From NCBI GenBank assembly GCA_934182615.1, contig CAKPRO010000001.1, positions 78,197-142,196 on the forward strand: a stretch of 64,000 nucleotides of DNA, in the 5' to 3' direction. The notes below the pieces were generated by a model. The model did not search any database, had not been told where the DNA came from, and worked only from the letters and a program-made list of their open reading frames with translations. Shown here in pieces: positions 1-11,272 of this stretch; positions within the stretch are counted from its first letter, which is position 1, and every line of letters begins with the position of its first letter. This DNA comes from an uncultured Bacilli bacterium. Lineage in GTDB: Bacteria; Bacillota_I; Bacilli_A; RF39; UBA660. Both the position numbers and the translations under genes were made by a program.

Positions 1-155
1 CAATATCCTATGAAAAAAATAGTATAATAAATAGTGTAGAAATTAAAATAATAGATAAATCATCAATAACTATAAATATAAATAATACAGTCAGATATTA
101 CACAAATGCTACTGATGTTGTATCTTATCTAAATGAACAATTTAGTATATATTAA
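1..155 (+). CDS. 3' end of an unidentified CDS (open from the window edge, stop TAA at 153-155)
   Basis: Frame 3 is open from position 3 to the TAA. It converges on pepF with a shared hairpin terminator. Confidence 0.35.
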   Translation, partial: ISYEKNSIINSVEIKIIDKSSITININNTVRYYTNATDVVSYLNEQFSIY

Positions 156-189
156 TAAATATATAAAATAATTTTCTACATAAGTAACA

Positions 190-222
190 ACAAAAGAGAC
201 AACTAATTTGTCTCTTTTTTAT
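190..222. terminator. Bidirectional intrinsic terminator (AAGAGACAA-loop-TTGTCTCTTTTTT)
   Basis: Inverted repeat at 194-216 followed by a T-run, between convergent genes. It overlaps the pepF stop codon. Confidence 0.5.
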
Positions 223-1990
223 ACATATCTAATATATTTTTAAACTCATCTAAAGCCGAAGTAACAACTTCTTTCTTAGTCAAATCAACACCTGCTAATT
301 TTAGAGATTCAATAGGACTCTTTCTAGCACCACATTTCAAGAATTCAATATAACCATCTACTGCTCCCTCTTTACCAGATAAAATATTATTAACAATCAC
401 AGTAGCGGCACTTAAACCAGTAGCATACTTATAAACATAAAAGTCGTAGTAGAAGTGAGGTATTCTCTCCCATTCATATTTAATATAATCATCAACTACT
501 ACATTATCACCAAAGTAAAACTTATTAAGGTCATAATACATATTAGATAACTTATCCGCAGTTAAAGCTCCATCATTATCTATAATATTAGATATTTCTT
601 TCTCAAATTCAGCAAACATTGTCTGTCTATATATCGTAGCCCTATATAATTCCATTAAATTATTAAGAATAAATAATCTCTCTTCTTTACTATTACTATG
701 TTCTAACATATAATGACTAAGTAATAATTCATTAACAGTAGAAGCAACCTCTGCTACAAATATTCTATACTCACTATTCTGATAAGTATTATAATTTCTA
801 GAATAATAACTATGCATAGAATGACCCATCTCATGAATTAAAGTAGACATATCATTATACTTATCTTGATAGTTAAGTAAAATATAAGGATAAGTATCAT
901 ACATACCACCAGAGTATCCACCAGTTCTCTTGTTTTTAGTAGGATAAACATCAATCCATCTACTATCTAATCCTTCTTTAACCTTATTAACATATTCATC
1001 TCCAAATACTTCAAGAACTTTAATAATAATATTTTTAGCCTCTTCATATTCATATTTCTTATCATATTCACCCACTATTGGAACATAGATATCATATAAA
1101 TGAAGTTCATCAAGACCTAAAATACCTTTCTTTAAATTATAATATTCATAAATATAACCAATCTTTTCATGAACACTATCAATAAGATTATTATAAACAT
1201 CAATACTAACATCATCACCAAATAAACTCATCTCGATAGCGGTATCATATTTATATATCTTAGCCAAAGTAGATAGTTCTTTCATATTCGTAGCAATTAA
1301 ACTAGCATAAGTATTAGTATACTTCTTATATTCACTATATAAAGTATTAAAAGCACTCTCTCTAACATTTCTATCCTTACTCTCAATAAATAAAGAATAA
1401 TTACTATTAGTAAGTTCTATCTCTTTACCATCACTATCTATAACATTACCAAAAGACATATCACAATCCTTAAATAACTCATAAGTATCATAACAAGTAC
1501 CAATAATCTTACCCATACTAGACAGTATTTTCTCTTCATTGTCTCCTAATGTATGTTTCTTATATCTATATACCTCATCAATATAACATTTATATTCCTT
1601 AAGTAGTTTCTCTTCCTTATAAAACAATTTCAAAGTCTTATTATCAAGTTTCAATATACTAGGAACAATAAAATAACTACACTTACTAAAATCACTTCTT
1701 AGATTAGATACCTTCTCACTAAGTTCTTGCTTATCGTTATCAGAAGTATCCAAATCAAAAGATAAACTAGTATAAATAGATAACTTAGTAACAACTCTAT
1801 CAATATCAAAATATAACTTAATAGTCTTATAAAAATTACTACTATTAATTATCATCTTCTTCTCAAAATTACCAAGTTTCTTAATAAGCTTCTTAGCTTT
1901 ATCATAATCCTTATCAAAAGAATTCATATCACTATAAATAACATCTAAATCCCAAGTATACTTCTCATCAATATCGCATCTATTCTTCAT
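203..1990 (-). CDS. pepF: Oligoendopeptidase F (M3B family zinc metallopeptidase)
   Basis: 595 aa with an HEMGHSMH zinc motif. Length and architecture are typical of PepF. Confidence 0.85.
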   Translation of the reverse strand: MKNRCDIDEKYTWDLDVIYSDMNSFDKDYDKAKKLIKKLGNFEKKMIINSSNFYKTIKLYFDIDRVVTKLSIYTSLSFDLDTSDNDKQELSEKVSNLRSDFSKCSYFIVPSILKLDNKTLKLFYKEEKLLKEYKCYIDEVYRYKKHTLGDNEEKILSSMGKIIGTCYDTYELFKDCDMSFGNVIDSDGKEIELTNSNYSLFIESKDRNVRESAFNTLYSEYKKYTNTYASLIATNMKELSTLAKIYKYDTAIEMSLFGDDVSIDVYNNLIDSVHEKIGYIYEYYNLKKGILGLDELHLYDIYVPIVGEYDKKYEYEEAKNIIIKVLEVFGDEYVNKVKEGLDSRWIDVYPTKNKRTGGYSGGMYDTYPYILLNYQDKYNDMSTLIHEMGHSMHSYYSRNYNTYQNSEYRIFVAEVASTVNELLLSHYMLEHSNSKEERLFILNNLMELYRATIYRQTMFAEFEKEISNIIDNDGALTADKLSNMYYDLNKFYFGDNVVVDDYIKYEWERIPHFYYDFYVYKYATGLSAATVIVNNILSGKEGAVDGYIEFLKCGARKSPIESLKLAGVDLTKKEVVTSALDEFKNILDMYKKETN

Positions 1991-2005
1991 AATTATCCTT
2001 TCTTA

Positions 2006-3103
2006 CTACACATTAAATCTAAAATGACAAATATCTCCATCTTGCATTATATATTCTTTACCCTCAATTCTAGCCTTACCAAGTTCCCTAACCTTAAGTT
2101 CAGAACCAGCATTAACTAAATCATTATAAGACATAACCTCTGCCTTAATAAAACCTTTTTCAAAATCAGAATGAATAATACCAGCACATTCTGGAGCCTT
2201 AGAACCTTTCTTAAAAGTCCAAGCCCTAACCTCATCCTTGCCAACAGTAAAGAATGTTGCAAGACCAAGTAAATCATAAGTCTTATTAATTAGTCTTTCC
2301 ACTCCACTCTCTTTAATACCTAAATCATCTAAAAATAACTTCTTCTCTTCTTCATCAAGTTCAGATAATTCACTCTCTAACTTAGCACATATAATTGCAG
2401 TTTCACTACCCTCTTTTTTAGCATAATCTTCTACTAACTTAGTATAATTATTACCAGTATTAATATCATTATCTTCTACATTTAAAGCATAAATAATAGG
2501 TTTCAAAGTAATCAAGTTAAAAGAACTAATTAATTTCTTCTCTTCTTCATCTAAACCTAACTTTCTAACTGGAATATTACTCTCTAATGCTTCTTTAATT
2601 CTTTCTAATAACTCTATTTCTTTAACATCATCTTTATTCTTCGTAGTCATTGCTTTCTTACCAATCTTATTAATTCTAGAAGTAACAATCTCTAAATCAG
2701 ATAAAACAAGTTCTACATTAATAACTTCAATATCTCTAATTGGATCAACACTACCATCAACATGAATAATATTCTCATCATCAAAGCATCTAACTACTTC
2801 AACAACAGCATCAACTTCTCTAATATGTGATAAAAACTTATTACCAAGCCCTTCACCATTACTAGCTCCCTTAACTAATCCTGCTATATCAGTAAACTCA
2901 TAAGTAGTAGGAATAACTCTCTCTGGATTATACATATTCTTTAAAACATCAATCCTCTCATCTGGTACAATTACTACTCCTACATTAGGATCAATTGTCG
3001 CAAAAGGATAATTAGCCATCAAAATACTCTTCTTAGTAATAGCATTAAATAAAGTACTCTTTCCTACATTAGGAAGACCAACTATACCTGCTGTTAAACT
3101 CAT
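2006..3103 (-). CDS. ychF: Ribosome-binding ATPase YchF (Obg-family GTPase)
   Basis: GIVGLPNVGKSTLFNAIT P-loop and a C-terminal TGS-like region. The likely start is the internal ATG at 3103 (MSLTAGIVGLPNVGKS), not the extended ORF start at 3148. Confidence 0.85.
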   Translation of the reverse strand: MSLTAGIVGLPNVGKSTLFNAITKKSILMANYPFATIDPNVGVVIVPDERIDVLKNMYNPERVIPTTYEFTDIAGLVKGASNGEGLGNKFLSHIREVDAVVEVVRCFDDENIIHVDGSVDPIRDIEVINVELVLSDLEIVTSRINKIGKKAMTTKNKDDVKEIELLERIKEALESNIPVRKLGLDEEEKKLISSFNLITLKPIIYALNVEDNDINTGNNYTKLVEDYAKKEGSETAIICAKLESELSELDEEEKKLFLDDLGIKESGVERLINKTYDLLGLATFFTVGKDEVRAWTFKKGSKAPECAGIIHSDFEKGFIKAEVMSYNDLVNAGSELKVRELGKARIEGKEYIMQDGDICHFRFNV

Positions 3104-3321
3104 ATATATCACTTCTTTCTTCCTAATTATTATATCAAAAAAAGCCATATATTACAATCTTAAAAACAGTAATTAAATATTATTTTTATTCACTTTCAGC
3201 CTATAGTCTTCCAGTGTTATTGCTAGCCAATACTTGTCTATCAATAATATATCAGCCATATCTATTATATATAAGCATAAATACATACCCAAAACTATTG
3301 ATTATGAAACTCATAGGTTCA

Positions 3322-3352
3322 TAATCACTTTAAAAGACCTTAGGCTTTTAAA
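3322..3352. terminator. Hairpin terminator downstream of the AbgT-family gene
   Basis: CTTTAAAAGACC-tta-GGCTTTTAAAG inverted repeat. Confidence 0.35.
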
Positions 3353-3389
3353 GATATAAAAAAAGCTATACATAGAGTATAACTCTTAT

Positions 3390-4925
3390 TTATAACATAA
3401 CCCCAGTACCAATACCAATAGGAATACCAATAATATAGAAAGCTAATATAATAATAAGCCATAAAACAGTAAACGCTATTGCATAAGGTACCATCAAACT
3501 CATAGCATCCGCTATCGTAATAACATCATTCTTCCTCTTATTATAAATATGTAAGAATCCAATCAAAATAACAAAATAACTAAATATCGGAGTAAGACCC
3601 TTAACACTACTATCAGCAGCCCTAAATACCGCTTCAGCAAACTCTGGAGTCATTGAACTTTGCATAAACATCGGTACAATAACCGGTGACATCATAGCCC
3701 ACTTAGTCGATGCCATTGGTACAAAGAAAGTAGAAATAGCCACAACTAAGAAAGTAACAACCACTAGTAATAGACCAGTAAATTGAAATTTATTAATAAG
3801 TTCAGATAAAGAAGCCACAATAAATAACCCAATATTAGTTTCTTTAAATATCAAACAAAACTGAGCCGCAAAGAAAATAAGAACAAGAAGAGAAGCAACA
3901 TCTTTGAGATAATAACTCATACCATCTACCAAATCCCTATTATCATCAATAGTACCAACTCTAATACCATATATTAAAGAACTAAAGATAAGTAAAAATG
4001 AGAATATCGTAACCGAACCCTGATAGAAGTAAGAACCTTCTCCAAATAACATATCAACATATTTACTTTGATTCAAATCAAGTAATAATCCCGAAAAAGG
4101 AAGACCCTTAATAATACAATAAACAAGTAATAACAAAGCAATAAAAGTAGCCCCTAACGAAAGAACAACACCCTTTCTCTCTTTTTTACTAGGAACACCA
4201 TCTTGTGAAGGCTCTTCTTCATCAAAATAATACTTACCAAGTTTAGGAATAATAAATTTTTCCGTAACAACCATACCAACATAAGCCACTAATATCATAC
4301 TAATAGCGGTAAAAATAATATTACCATATAAATTAACATTATATGCCGAATCAAGTACCTTACTAGCCTTACCAGAATATAAAGTAAGCATTGAATCAAG
4401 CCTATTAATAATAACATTAGCTCCATACCCAAAAGTAATACCCGAAAAAGCCGCACAAATACCCGCTGACGGATGTCTACCAAGATTCATAAATAATATC
4501 GCAGCAAGAGGAATAAGTATTACATATCCAACTTCATAAAACATTGAAAATATAATACCTAGTAATACCACAAGAAAAGTCAAAAACTTTCTAGGTACCT
4601 TCTCACTAATCATCTTAAATAAAGAATTAAGAAATCCTGACTTATAAGCAACCCCTACTCCAAGTAAACCAATAATCAAATTACCTAAAGGAGCAAAATT
4701 AAGAAAATTATTAAGCATATTACTAATCAAATATTGAAGACCAGTCCTATTAAACAAATTATTAATATTAACAACCTGACTATTCAAATCACCAGTAGCC
4801 TCATTAACAACATAATAACTAGTCTCTAAATTAAGAATACTACCAATACTACTAATAATCATAATACCAATAGTAAGTATCAAAAATACCAATGCTGGAT
4901 GAAGTCTAATCTTTTTCTTTTTCAT
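3390..4925 (-). CDS. AbgT family transporter (p-aminobenzoyl-glutamate transporter-like)
   Basis: 511-aa polytopic membrane protein. Motifs NFAPLGNLIIGLLG and FRAADSSV match the AbgT family. Confidence 0.8.
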   Translation of the reverse strand: MKKKKIRLHPALVFLILTIGIMIISSIGSILNLETSYYVVNEATGDLNSQVVNINNLFNRTGLQYLISNMLNNFLNFAPLGNLIIGLLGVGVAYKSGFLNSLFKMISEKVPRKFLTFLVVLLGIIFSMFYEVGYVILIPLAAILFMNLGRHPSAGICAAFSGITFGYGANVIINRLDSMLTLYSGKASKVLDSAYNVNLYGNIIFTAISMILVAYVGMVVTEKFIIPKLGKYYFDEEEPSQDGVPSKKERKGVVLSLGATFIALLLLVYCIIKGLPFSGLLLDLNQSKYVDMLFGEGSYFYQGSVTIFSFLLIFSSLIYGIRVGTIDDNRDLVDGMSYYLKDVASLLVLIFFAAQFCLIFKETNIGLFIVASLSELINKFQFTGLLLVVVTFLVVAISTFFVPMASTKWAMMSPVIVPMFMQSSMTPEFAEAVFRAADSSVKGLTPIFSYFVILIGFLHIYNKRKNDVITIADAMSLMVPYAIAFTVLWLIIILAFYIIGIPIGIGTGVML

Positions 4926-5100
4926 TACATACCACCTTTTTAATCTTTTTATTAAGTTCCACTCTAGGTATCATAATAACCCTAGAACATTTAACACATC
5001 TAATTTTAACATCCGCTCCCAATCTAATAATTTCAAAATCATAAGAACCACACGGATGAACCTTCTTCATAGTAACAATATCACCTAAATTATAATTCAT
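4906..5100 (-). CDS. DUF951 family protein (YyzM-like)
   Basis: 64 aa with GDIVTMKKVHPCG...IIRLGADVKIRCVKCSRVIMIPR, matching the DUF951 signature. Confidence 0.7.
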   Translation of the reverse strand: MNYNLGDIVTMKKVHPCGSYDFEIIRLGADVKIRCVKCSRVIMIPRVELNKKIKKVVCNEKEKD

Positions 5101-5201
5101 ATAATCACTTCCATATTCACATTATAGCATTAATTTAATTTTAAGTAAATTAATATATTATACATTTTTAAATTTTTATTATGTATCTTCTTCTAAGAAT
5201 A

Positions 5202-5230
5202 TTGTAAAAAAACCTATCATTTGATATAAT
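5202..5230 (+). promoter_or_regulatory. Sigma-A type promoter (TTGTAA-17-TATAAT) for the 5257 gene
   Basis: TTGTAA at 5202-5207 and TATAAT at 5225-5230 with a 17-nt spacer. An AAGGGATGAT ribosome-binding site (RBS) precedes the GTG start. Confidence 0.4.
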
Positions 5231-5256
5231 ATAAAAGATAAAGAAGGGATGATGAA

Positions 5257-6600
5257 GTGAAAAAAGAAGTAAATAATACAAGAAAAAAAAGAAAACTAAA
5301 TTTTCAAAAAATATTTAATTTAGTAAGTGCTATGTTTATCTTAGCCTGCTGTATATTCTATGGAACAAGATTCCTAAAACTATATATAGCAAACAACAAA
5401 GTAGAAAAAATAACTGTACTCGCTGACAATATCAAAGATAACAATAAAGATAGTGAATCATTTAAACAAATAAATGAAGACTATTACTTTACTGGAGAAG
5501 TAGAAAATAACTATGTAAAATACTCTAATATATTATGGAGAATAGTAAAAGTAAACTCTGACAAATCAGTAACCCTAGTATCAGATAATGCTTTAACATC
5601 ATTAAATCCTGGTACAGGAACAACATATGAAAAAACATCCATAAATAAATGGTTAAATAAAGGAGAAGAAGAAAACACAGGTATTCTAGAAACAAATCTA
5701 AATAATACCTCAAAGTATCTAACATTCTCAAAAACATGTAAAGATACAGTAACCGATACCAAAAACATTACATGTAAAGATAAATTAGAAGATACTTACA
5801 TAACCGCCCCATCAGTATATGACTATGTAAATACCGGTGGTAATAAAGGCTTTATGAATAATAATGAATACTTCTATTTAACCAATATAGATAAAGATAA
5901 AAAATTAATGTATATCGATTCAACAGGTAAAACAAATAGTACTGATGATTCAGATATCCTAGGAGTAAAAGCCATTATAACATTAAAAAATACCCTAACA
6001 TTAAAAGAAGGAAATGGTACCAAAGATAACCCATATACCTTTGAAGATAAAGAAGGATTATTAGGAAGTTATGTAAAACTAGGTAATGATACATGGAGAA
6101 TCTATAGTATAGAAGATAATACTGTAAAATTATCATTAGATAACTATCTAAAAGTAAATAATAAAGAAGTAAAATATAAATATTCAAATAACGGCTACTA
6201 CCACAACGATACAAAACAAGGTACCTTAGCAGAATATCTAAATAAAACATATCTAAATACCTTAAGTTATAAAGATAAAATAAAAGAAAATAAATTCGCT
6301 AATGGTATCTATAGTAGTACCACTAACTACGATTATAATAAAGTATTAACAACTACTGTTGATACCAAAGTATCAGTATTAAGTATTGGTAACATAATAT
6401 TAAATAATAACAATACTAACTACTTCCTATCAACAGGAGTATCAAAAGATAGTAACCTAGTATATGTAATGCAAGATGATTATAAAGTATATACCAAAGT
6501 ATCCACTACTACATTAAAAATAGTTCCAACAATAGCACTAGATAAATCACTACTAACAAAAGGAGACGGAACAATAGAAAGTCCATACGAGGTAGAATAA
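5257..6600 (+). CDS. Hypothetical N-terminally anchored secreted protein (T/N/K-rich, no recognised domain)
   Basis: GTG start followed by an MKKEVNN... basic region and a hydrophobic anchor. Composition is low-complexity N/T/K/Y-rich. It is the first gene of a + strand envelope cluster. Confidence 0.5.
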   Translation: MKKEVNNTRKKRKLNFQKIFNLVSAMFILACCIFYGTRFLKLYIANNKVEKITVLADNIKDNNKDSESFKQINEDYYFTGEVENNYVKYSNILWRIVKVNSDKSVTLVSDNALTSLNPGTGTTYEKTSINKWLNKGEEENTGILETNLNNTSKYLTFSKTCKDTVTDTKNITCKDKLEDTYITAPSVYDYVNTGGNKGFMNNNEYFYLTNIDKDKKLMYIDSTGKTNSTDDSDILGVKAIITLKNTLTLKEGNGTKDNPYTFEDKEGLLGSYVKLGNDTWRIYSIEDNTVKLSLDNYLKVNNKEVKYKYSNNGYYHNDTKQGTLAEYLNKTYLNTLSYKDKIKENKFANGIYSSTTNYDYNKVLTTTVDTKVSVLSIGNIILNNNNTNYFLSTGVSKDSNLVYVMQDDYKVYTKVSTTTLKIVPTIALDKSLLTKGDGTIESPYEVE

Positions 6601-6601
6601 T

Positions 6602-7630
6602 ATGAGTACAAGAAAAAAGAAAAAAATATATAAAACAACAATTCTATTTATAATATTAGATTTATTAGCCATAACTGGCTTTGTAGTAATGTATGGTCCT
6701 TGGGACAAAGTAAGAAACATGTATGTAAATACCGCTTTAAAAACCATGCACCATCAATACTTTGCCAATATCTTCTACAGTCAAAAAACAATTGATAAAA
6801 TAAATAGTAGTAGTTATTTCGTAACCATAAATGAAGATGCTAATACTGAAGATGTTATAATAAATACCAAAGAAAAATCAAAATATAAAGATAAATATGA
6901 AGAAGAACTATTTACAAGAAACAACCCTGATGACTCCTATAAAATAATAGATCTAAAAATAGGAACATCAAAAGGTTACCTAGTAGCCATCTATAAACCA
7001 GAAAAAGTAAGACTAATATCCACTAAACAATTCAATGTTGGTGGTAAAGGAGAACGAATCCTAACCATGTGTCAAAGATATGGTGGCTCAGTATGTATAA
7101 ATGGTGGAGGCTTCCAAGATGAAGGTTATGGTTCTGATATACCAATAGGTATCGTAATCCAAAATGGCGAAATAACTTGGGGTAAAGATACTGCTGATAC
7201 CGCTAGAGACAATGTAATAGGTCTAACAAAAGACGGCAAACTAAAACTAATGTCAAATGCTACCGCTAATGAAGCATTAGCAGCTGGTGTAAATGACGCC
7301 ATGATATTTGGCCCATTCCTAATAGTAAATGGAAAACCACTAGAAATAGTTGGAGATCCATGGGGTCAAGCACCGAGAGTAGCCATTGGACAAACAAAAG
7401 ATGGAATAATCCTATTTCTAGTGGTAGATGGTGAAAACTATATAAATGGTGCTAGTCTGCAAGATATGGTAGATGTATTACAAAAATATGGCGCATATAA
7501 TGCCGCTAACCTAGATGGCGGACAATCATCAAGTTTAGTAGTAAATAACAAATTATATAATAACCCACCTCCTGCTGCTAAAAGACAAGGCGGAAGATAT
7601 GTTGTAACAGGATGGGGATTAATAGACTAA
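6602..7630 (+). CDS. Phosphodiester glycosidase family protein (DUF2233/NAGPA-like), membrane anchored
   Basis: N-terminal TM segment, then YGGSVCINGGGF and NLDGGQSSSL motifs typical of phosphodiester glycosidase domains. Confidence 0.6.
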   Translation: MSTRKKKKIYKTTILFIILDLLAITGFVVMYGPWDKVRNMYVNTALKTMHHQYFANIFYSQKTIDKINSSSYFVTINEDANTEDVIINTKEKSKYKDKYEEELFTRNNPDDSYKIIDLKIGTSKGYLVAIYKPEKVRLISTKQFNVGGKGERILTMCQRYGGSVCINGGGFQDEGYGSDIPIGIVIQNGEITWGKDTADTARDNVIGLTKDGKLKLMSNATANEALAAGVNDAMIFGPFLIVNGKPLEIVGDPWGQAPRVAIGQTKDGIILFLVVDGENYINGASLQDMVDVLQKYGAYNAANLDGGQSSSLVVNNKLYNNPPPAAKRQGGRYVVTGWGLID

Positions 7631-7702
7631 AGCTTATCTAAATATAAGCTTTTTTCATTTACAAAACATATTACATTTGATATACTAATAATAGGTGGTA
7701 AA

Positions 7703-8953
7703 ATGAACAAAAGAAGAAGAAAAAGAAAACTAAAAAAAAGTGTTAAAATAACCCTAGTATTATTACTAGTAATAGGACTATTATCCTATCCAACATATAA
7801 ACTGCTAACAAAAGAAAAAACTCCTAATAACGAAGCAAAACCAAATACCGAAGAAAAAGAAGAACATTATGAACTATCACTAATAGCAGTCGGAGACAAC
7901 CTAATTCATTCATCAGTATATAAAGATGCCAATAAACATGCCAATTATAACGGTTATGACTTCAAACCAATGATAACCAATATCAAAGAAATAGTATCAA
8001 ACTATGATATTGGCTACTACAACCAAGAAACAATCCTAGGAGGAACAGAACTAGGACTAAATGACTACCCAACATTTAATTCTCCATATGAAGCTGGAGA
8101 TGCCATGATCGATGCAGGCTTTAATCTAGTAAGTCTAGCCACTAATCATACCATGGATAGTGGTAAAAAGGCCGTAGAAAATTCATGTAAATACTGGAAC
8201 TCAAAAGAAAATGTTTTAACCGCAGGTAGTTATTGTAGTGAAGAAGAAAGAAACGAAATAAAAATAAAAGAAAAAAATAACATAACATATACTATGTTAA
8301 ATTATACATACGGAACAAATGGTATGAAAGTACCAAATGATTACTTAGTAAATGTATGGCCTACTGATATAGATAATATTAATAATCCAGAGAAAGATAC
8401 CAAATATCAAGAGTACAAGAAACAAGTAAAACAAGATGTAGAAAAAGTAAGAGACAAAGTAGATGTCCTAATCGTAGCCATGCACTGGGGTGTAGAGTAT
8501 ACTCATAATCCAACCGAATATGAAAAAGATATGGCTTCATACTTAGCCTCACTAGGAGTAGATCTAATAATTGGAACCCATCCCCATGTAATACAACCAG
8601 TAACATGGATAGATAATACCTTAGTAATATATTCTCTAGGTAATTTCCTATCAGCCCAATATCAAAACCAATCAACATGTACAAACTATAAATGTACAAC
8701 TGGATTAATGACAAGTCTAAAAATAGAAAAAGATGTCAAAGGAAAAGAAAAAAGTATAAAAATAACTAATGTAGAAAACGAATTAATATATAACTACTAC
8801 AACCAATCAACATGGAGAGGATTCAAAGTAATACCATTCTCTAATCCAGAAATAAAAACATACTTACCAAGTTATAAATCAGTATATAATACCTACAAAG
8901 AAGTAGTACAACGACTTGACAGTAATATGTATGTAAAAGAAACAGTAGAATAA
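7703..8953 (+). CDS. capA: CapA family protein (PGA_cap metallophosphatase-like, capsule/poly-gamma-glutamate biosynthesis)
   Basis: IAVGDN...HWGVEYTHNPTEYEKDMA...GTHPHV motifs of the CapA/PgsA family, with an N-terminal signal anchor. Confidence 0.75.
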   Translation: MNKRRRKRKLKKSVKITLVLLLVIGLLSYPTYKLLTKEKTPNNEAKPNTEEKEEHYELSLIAVGDNLIHSSVYKDANKHANYNGYDFKPMITNIKEIVSNYDIGYYNQETILGGTELGLNDYPTFNSPYEAGDAMIDAGFNLVSLATNHTMDSGKKAVENSCKYWNSKENVLTAGSYCSEEERNEIKIKEKNNITYTMLNYTYGTNGMKVPNDYLVNVWPTDIDNINNPEKDTKYQEYKKQVKQDVEKVRDKVDVLIVAMHWGVEYTHNPTEYEKDMASYLASLGVDLIIGTHPHVIQPVTWIDNTLVIYSLGNFLSAQYQNQSTCTNYKCTTGLMTSLKIEKDVKGKEKSIKITNVENELIYNYYNQSTWRGFKVIPFSNPEIKTYLPSYKSVYNTYKEVVQRLDSNMYVKETVE

Positions 8954-8990
8954 AAAAGTATCACTTTAACTAGTGATATTTTTTTTAACA
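8946..8990. terminator. Bidirectional terminator between convergent capA and clpC
   Basis: TATCACT-ttaac-AGTGATA hairpin followed by a T-run. Confidence 0.45.
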
Positions 8991-11272
8991 ATAGAATCGA
9001 TATAAATATCCTTATCTCCTCTAATAACCCCATCAATAATAACATTCTCAATATCTTTAGAAATAATCTTATCAATTCTCCTAGCCCCAAACTCATAAAA
9101 TTCACACTTATTAACAATCTCATCAATAACATTATCATTAATATCAATATTAATATCTTTATATTTATCTCTAATATATTCAAATCTCTTCTTAATAATA
9201 CATTTAATAGAAGTATCATCAAGTCTATCAAAAACAATAATATTATCAATCCTATTAATAAAAGCCGTATTAAAATATCCCTTCAAACTCGAAATAACAC
9301 TACTATCAGTCTTCTTATTAAAACCAATACCATTCTTCTCAAAACCAATATTTGAAGTCATAATAACAACAACATTATTAAATCTAACTTCTCTACCTTT
9401 AGAATTCTTAATTTTACCCTCTTCAAGTATCTGATAAAACAAATTAATAACATTAGGATGAGCTTTATCAATTTCATCAAGTAATAAAACACTATTAGGT
9501 TTATTTCTAATTTCTTCTAAAATATTCTTATTATCATCATATCCAACATATCCAGGTGAAGAACCAAGTATCTTATTAACCGCAGTACTATCACTATACT
9601 CACTCATATCCATTCTAATAAGATTATCTGCTCCTACTAAAATATTAGCATATTCTTTAGCCAACCTACTCTTACCTACACCTGAAGAACCTACAAATAA
9701 AAGAGAATAACATCTATCATTATATCCACATCTAATTCTTTTAGTAATATCCATCAAATTATCAATAGCTTTATCTTCTCCTACAATAATATCCTTAAGT
9801 CTATTTTCCATATCATTAATATTACCACTATTAGAAATAATTTCATATACAGGAACTCCCGTTCTATTACTAATAACACTAGCAATATCATCAAGTAAAA
9901 TCTTATTCTTATTATTCCTACTAAGTAATTCAATATCATTTAAACGAGACATAAGTTCTGTCTCCTTCTTTCTCAAAGAATAAGCCTTATCAATATTATT
10001 ATCAATAATAAAACTATTTTTATCCTTATTTAATTTACAAATTTCCCTCTTAATATCCCTAATCTCATTATCCGAAGTACACCCTCTAAGTCCAACTCTA
10101 GAAGCAACTTCATCTAAAATATCGATCTCTTTGTCAGGTCTATTTCTATCAAAAATATATTTCTCTGACAAATTAATAATATAATCAATCATATCATTAT
10201 CAATAATAACATTATGATATCTCTCATAAATATTCTTAATCTTCGTTAATATATTTTTAGTTTCCCCTATACTAGGCTCATTAACAAATATCTTTTGAAA
10301 TCTTCTCTCTAACGCCGAATCCTTTTCAATAAACTTCTTATATTCTTCAGTAGTAGTAGCCCCTATACATCTAATTTTACCCCTAGCTAATGCCGGTTTC
10401 AAAATATTAGAAGCATCAATAGCTCCTTCAGCTCCACCCGCTCCTACTAAAGTATGAATCTCATCGATAAATAAAATAATATCATCATTATCTTCAATCT
10501 CTTTAATAACCTTTTTCATTCTCTCTTCAAATTCACCACGATATTTAGTACCCGCTACCATCGTAGCCATATCTAAAGAAATAATTTTCTTATCACATAA
10601 TACCTTAGGAACCTCATCATTAACAATAAGCCTAGACAACTCTTCCACAATCGCAGTCTTACCAACACCAGCGTCTCCTATTAAAATAGGATTATTTTTA
10701 GTTCTTCTGCATAATATTTCCATAACTCTTTTAACTTCTTTATCTCTTCCAATAACCGGATCAAGTAAATTATTTTTAGCCTCACTAGTAAGATCTACCC
10801 CAAGATCATATATAAGAAGTTTTTTCTTCTTATTTTTTTTACTTTTCTTAATCAAGCTACTAGAAAAATCATCATATATATCTTCAATATCAATACCCAT
10901 ACCAATAATAAGTCTAATAGCAATACCTTCTCCCTCTTCTAACATAGCAAAAAACAAATGTTCTGAAGTAACCTCACCATCATTATTTTCCTTACTATCA
11001 ATAATAGCATTCTGAATAACCTTTCTAAGTAAAGGAGTATATAAAAATACCTCATTCTTTTTATCCGTAGTACCTACAACCTTACACAGTTCACTTTTAA
11101 AATTATCATACTCAAGTCCATATTCACTAAGTCTATCACATATATTACTATCACTATTAAGAATAGCAAGAAGTAAATGTTCAGTCCCAATATAAGGATG
11201 TCCAAGCCCTATCATCTCTTTCTTAGCATTATTCAAAATAGTCTGTGCCTCTTCATTAAAATTACCAATCAT
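8966..11272 (-). CDS. clpC: Clp protease ATP-binding subunit ClpC-like AAA+ chaperone
   Basis: Two Clp_N repeats, a D1 Walker A ([14 protein letters not shown]) and a D2 Walker A ([14 protein letters not shown]); 768 aa. Confidence 0.8.
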   Translation of the reverse strand: MIGNFNEEAQTILNNAKKEMIGLGHPYIGTEHLLLAILNSDSNICDRLSEYGLEYDNFKSELCKVVGTTDKKNEVFLYTPLLRKVIQNAIIDSKENNDGEVTSEHLFFAMLEEGEGIAIRLIIGMGIDIEDIYDDFSSSLIKKSKKNKKKKLLIYDLGVDLTSEAKNNLLDPVIGRDKEVKRVMEILCRRTKNNPILIGDAGVGKTAIVEELSRLIVNDEVPKVLCDKKIISLDMATMVAGTKYRGEFEERMKKVIKEIEDNDDIILFIDEIHTLVGAGGAEGAIDASNILKPALARGKIRCIGATTTEEYKKFIEKDSALERRFQKIFVNEPSIGETKNILTKIKNIYERYHNVIIDNDMIDYIINLSEKYIFDRNRPDKEIDILDEVASRVGLRGCTSDNEIRDIKREICKLNKDKNSFIIDNNIDKAYSLRKKETELMSRLNDIELLSRNNKNKILLDDIASVISNRTGVPVYEIISNSGNINDMENRLKDIIVGEDKAIDNLMDITKRIRCGYNDRCYSLLFVGSSGVGKSRLAKEYANILVGADNLIRMDMSEYSDSTAVNKILGSSPGYVGYDDNKNILEEIRNKPNSVLLLDEIDKAHPNVINLFYQILEEGKIKNSKGREVRFNNVVVIMTSNIGFEKNGIGFNKKTDSSVISSLKGYFNTAFINRIDNIIVFDRLDDTSIKCIIKKRFEYIRDKYKDINIDINDNVIDEIVNKCEFYEFGARRIDKIISKDIENVIIDGVIRGDKDIYIDSIVKKNITS

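Noticed and set aside
4295-4483. Numerous short antisense or overlapping ORFs within larger genes in the six-frame track (e.g. 5511-5768, 5975-6250, 8379-8714, 14634-14979, 15504-15760, 17293-17723, 24775-25409, 25678-26982, 28172-28902, 31642-31881, 36549-37278, 38008-38624, 39387-39590, 42120-42398, 43420-44017, 50485-50706, 57144-59506)
   Set aside because: They are fully contained in, or antisense to, well-supported conserved genes. They have low-complexity L/I/K/N-rich translations typical of AT-rich DNA and no RBS.
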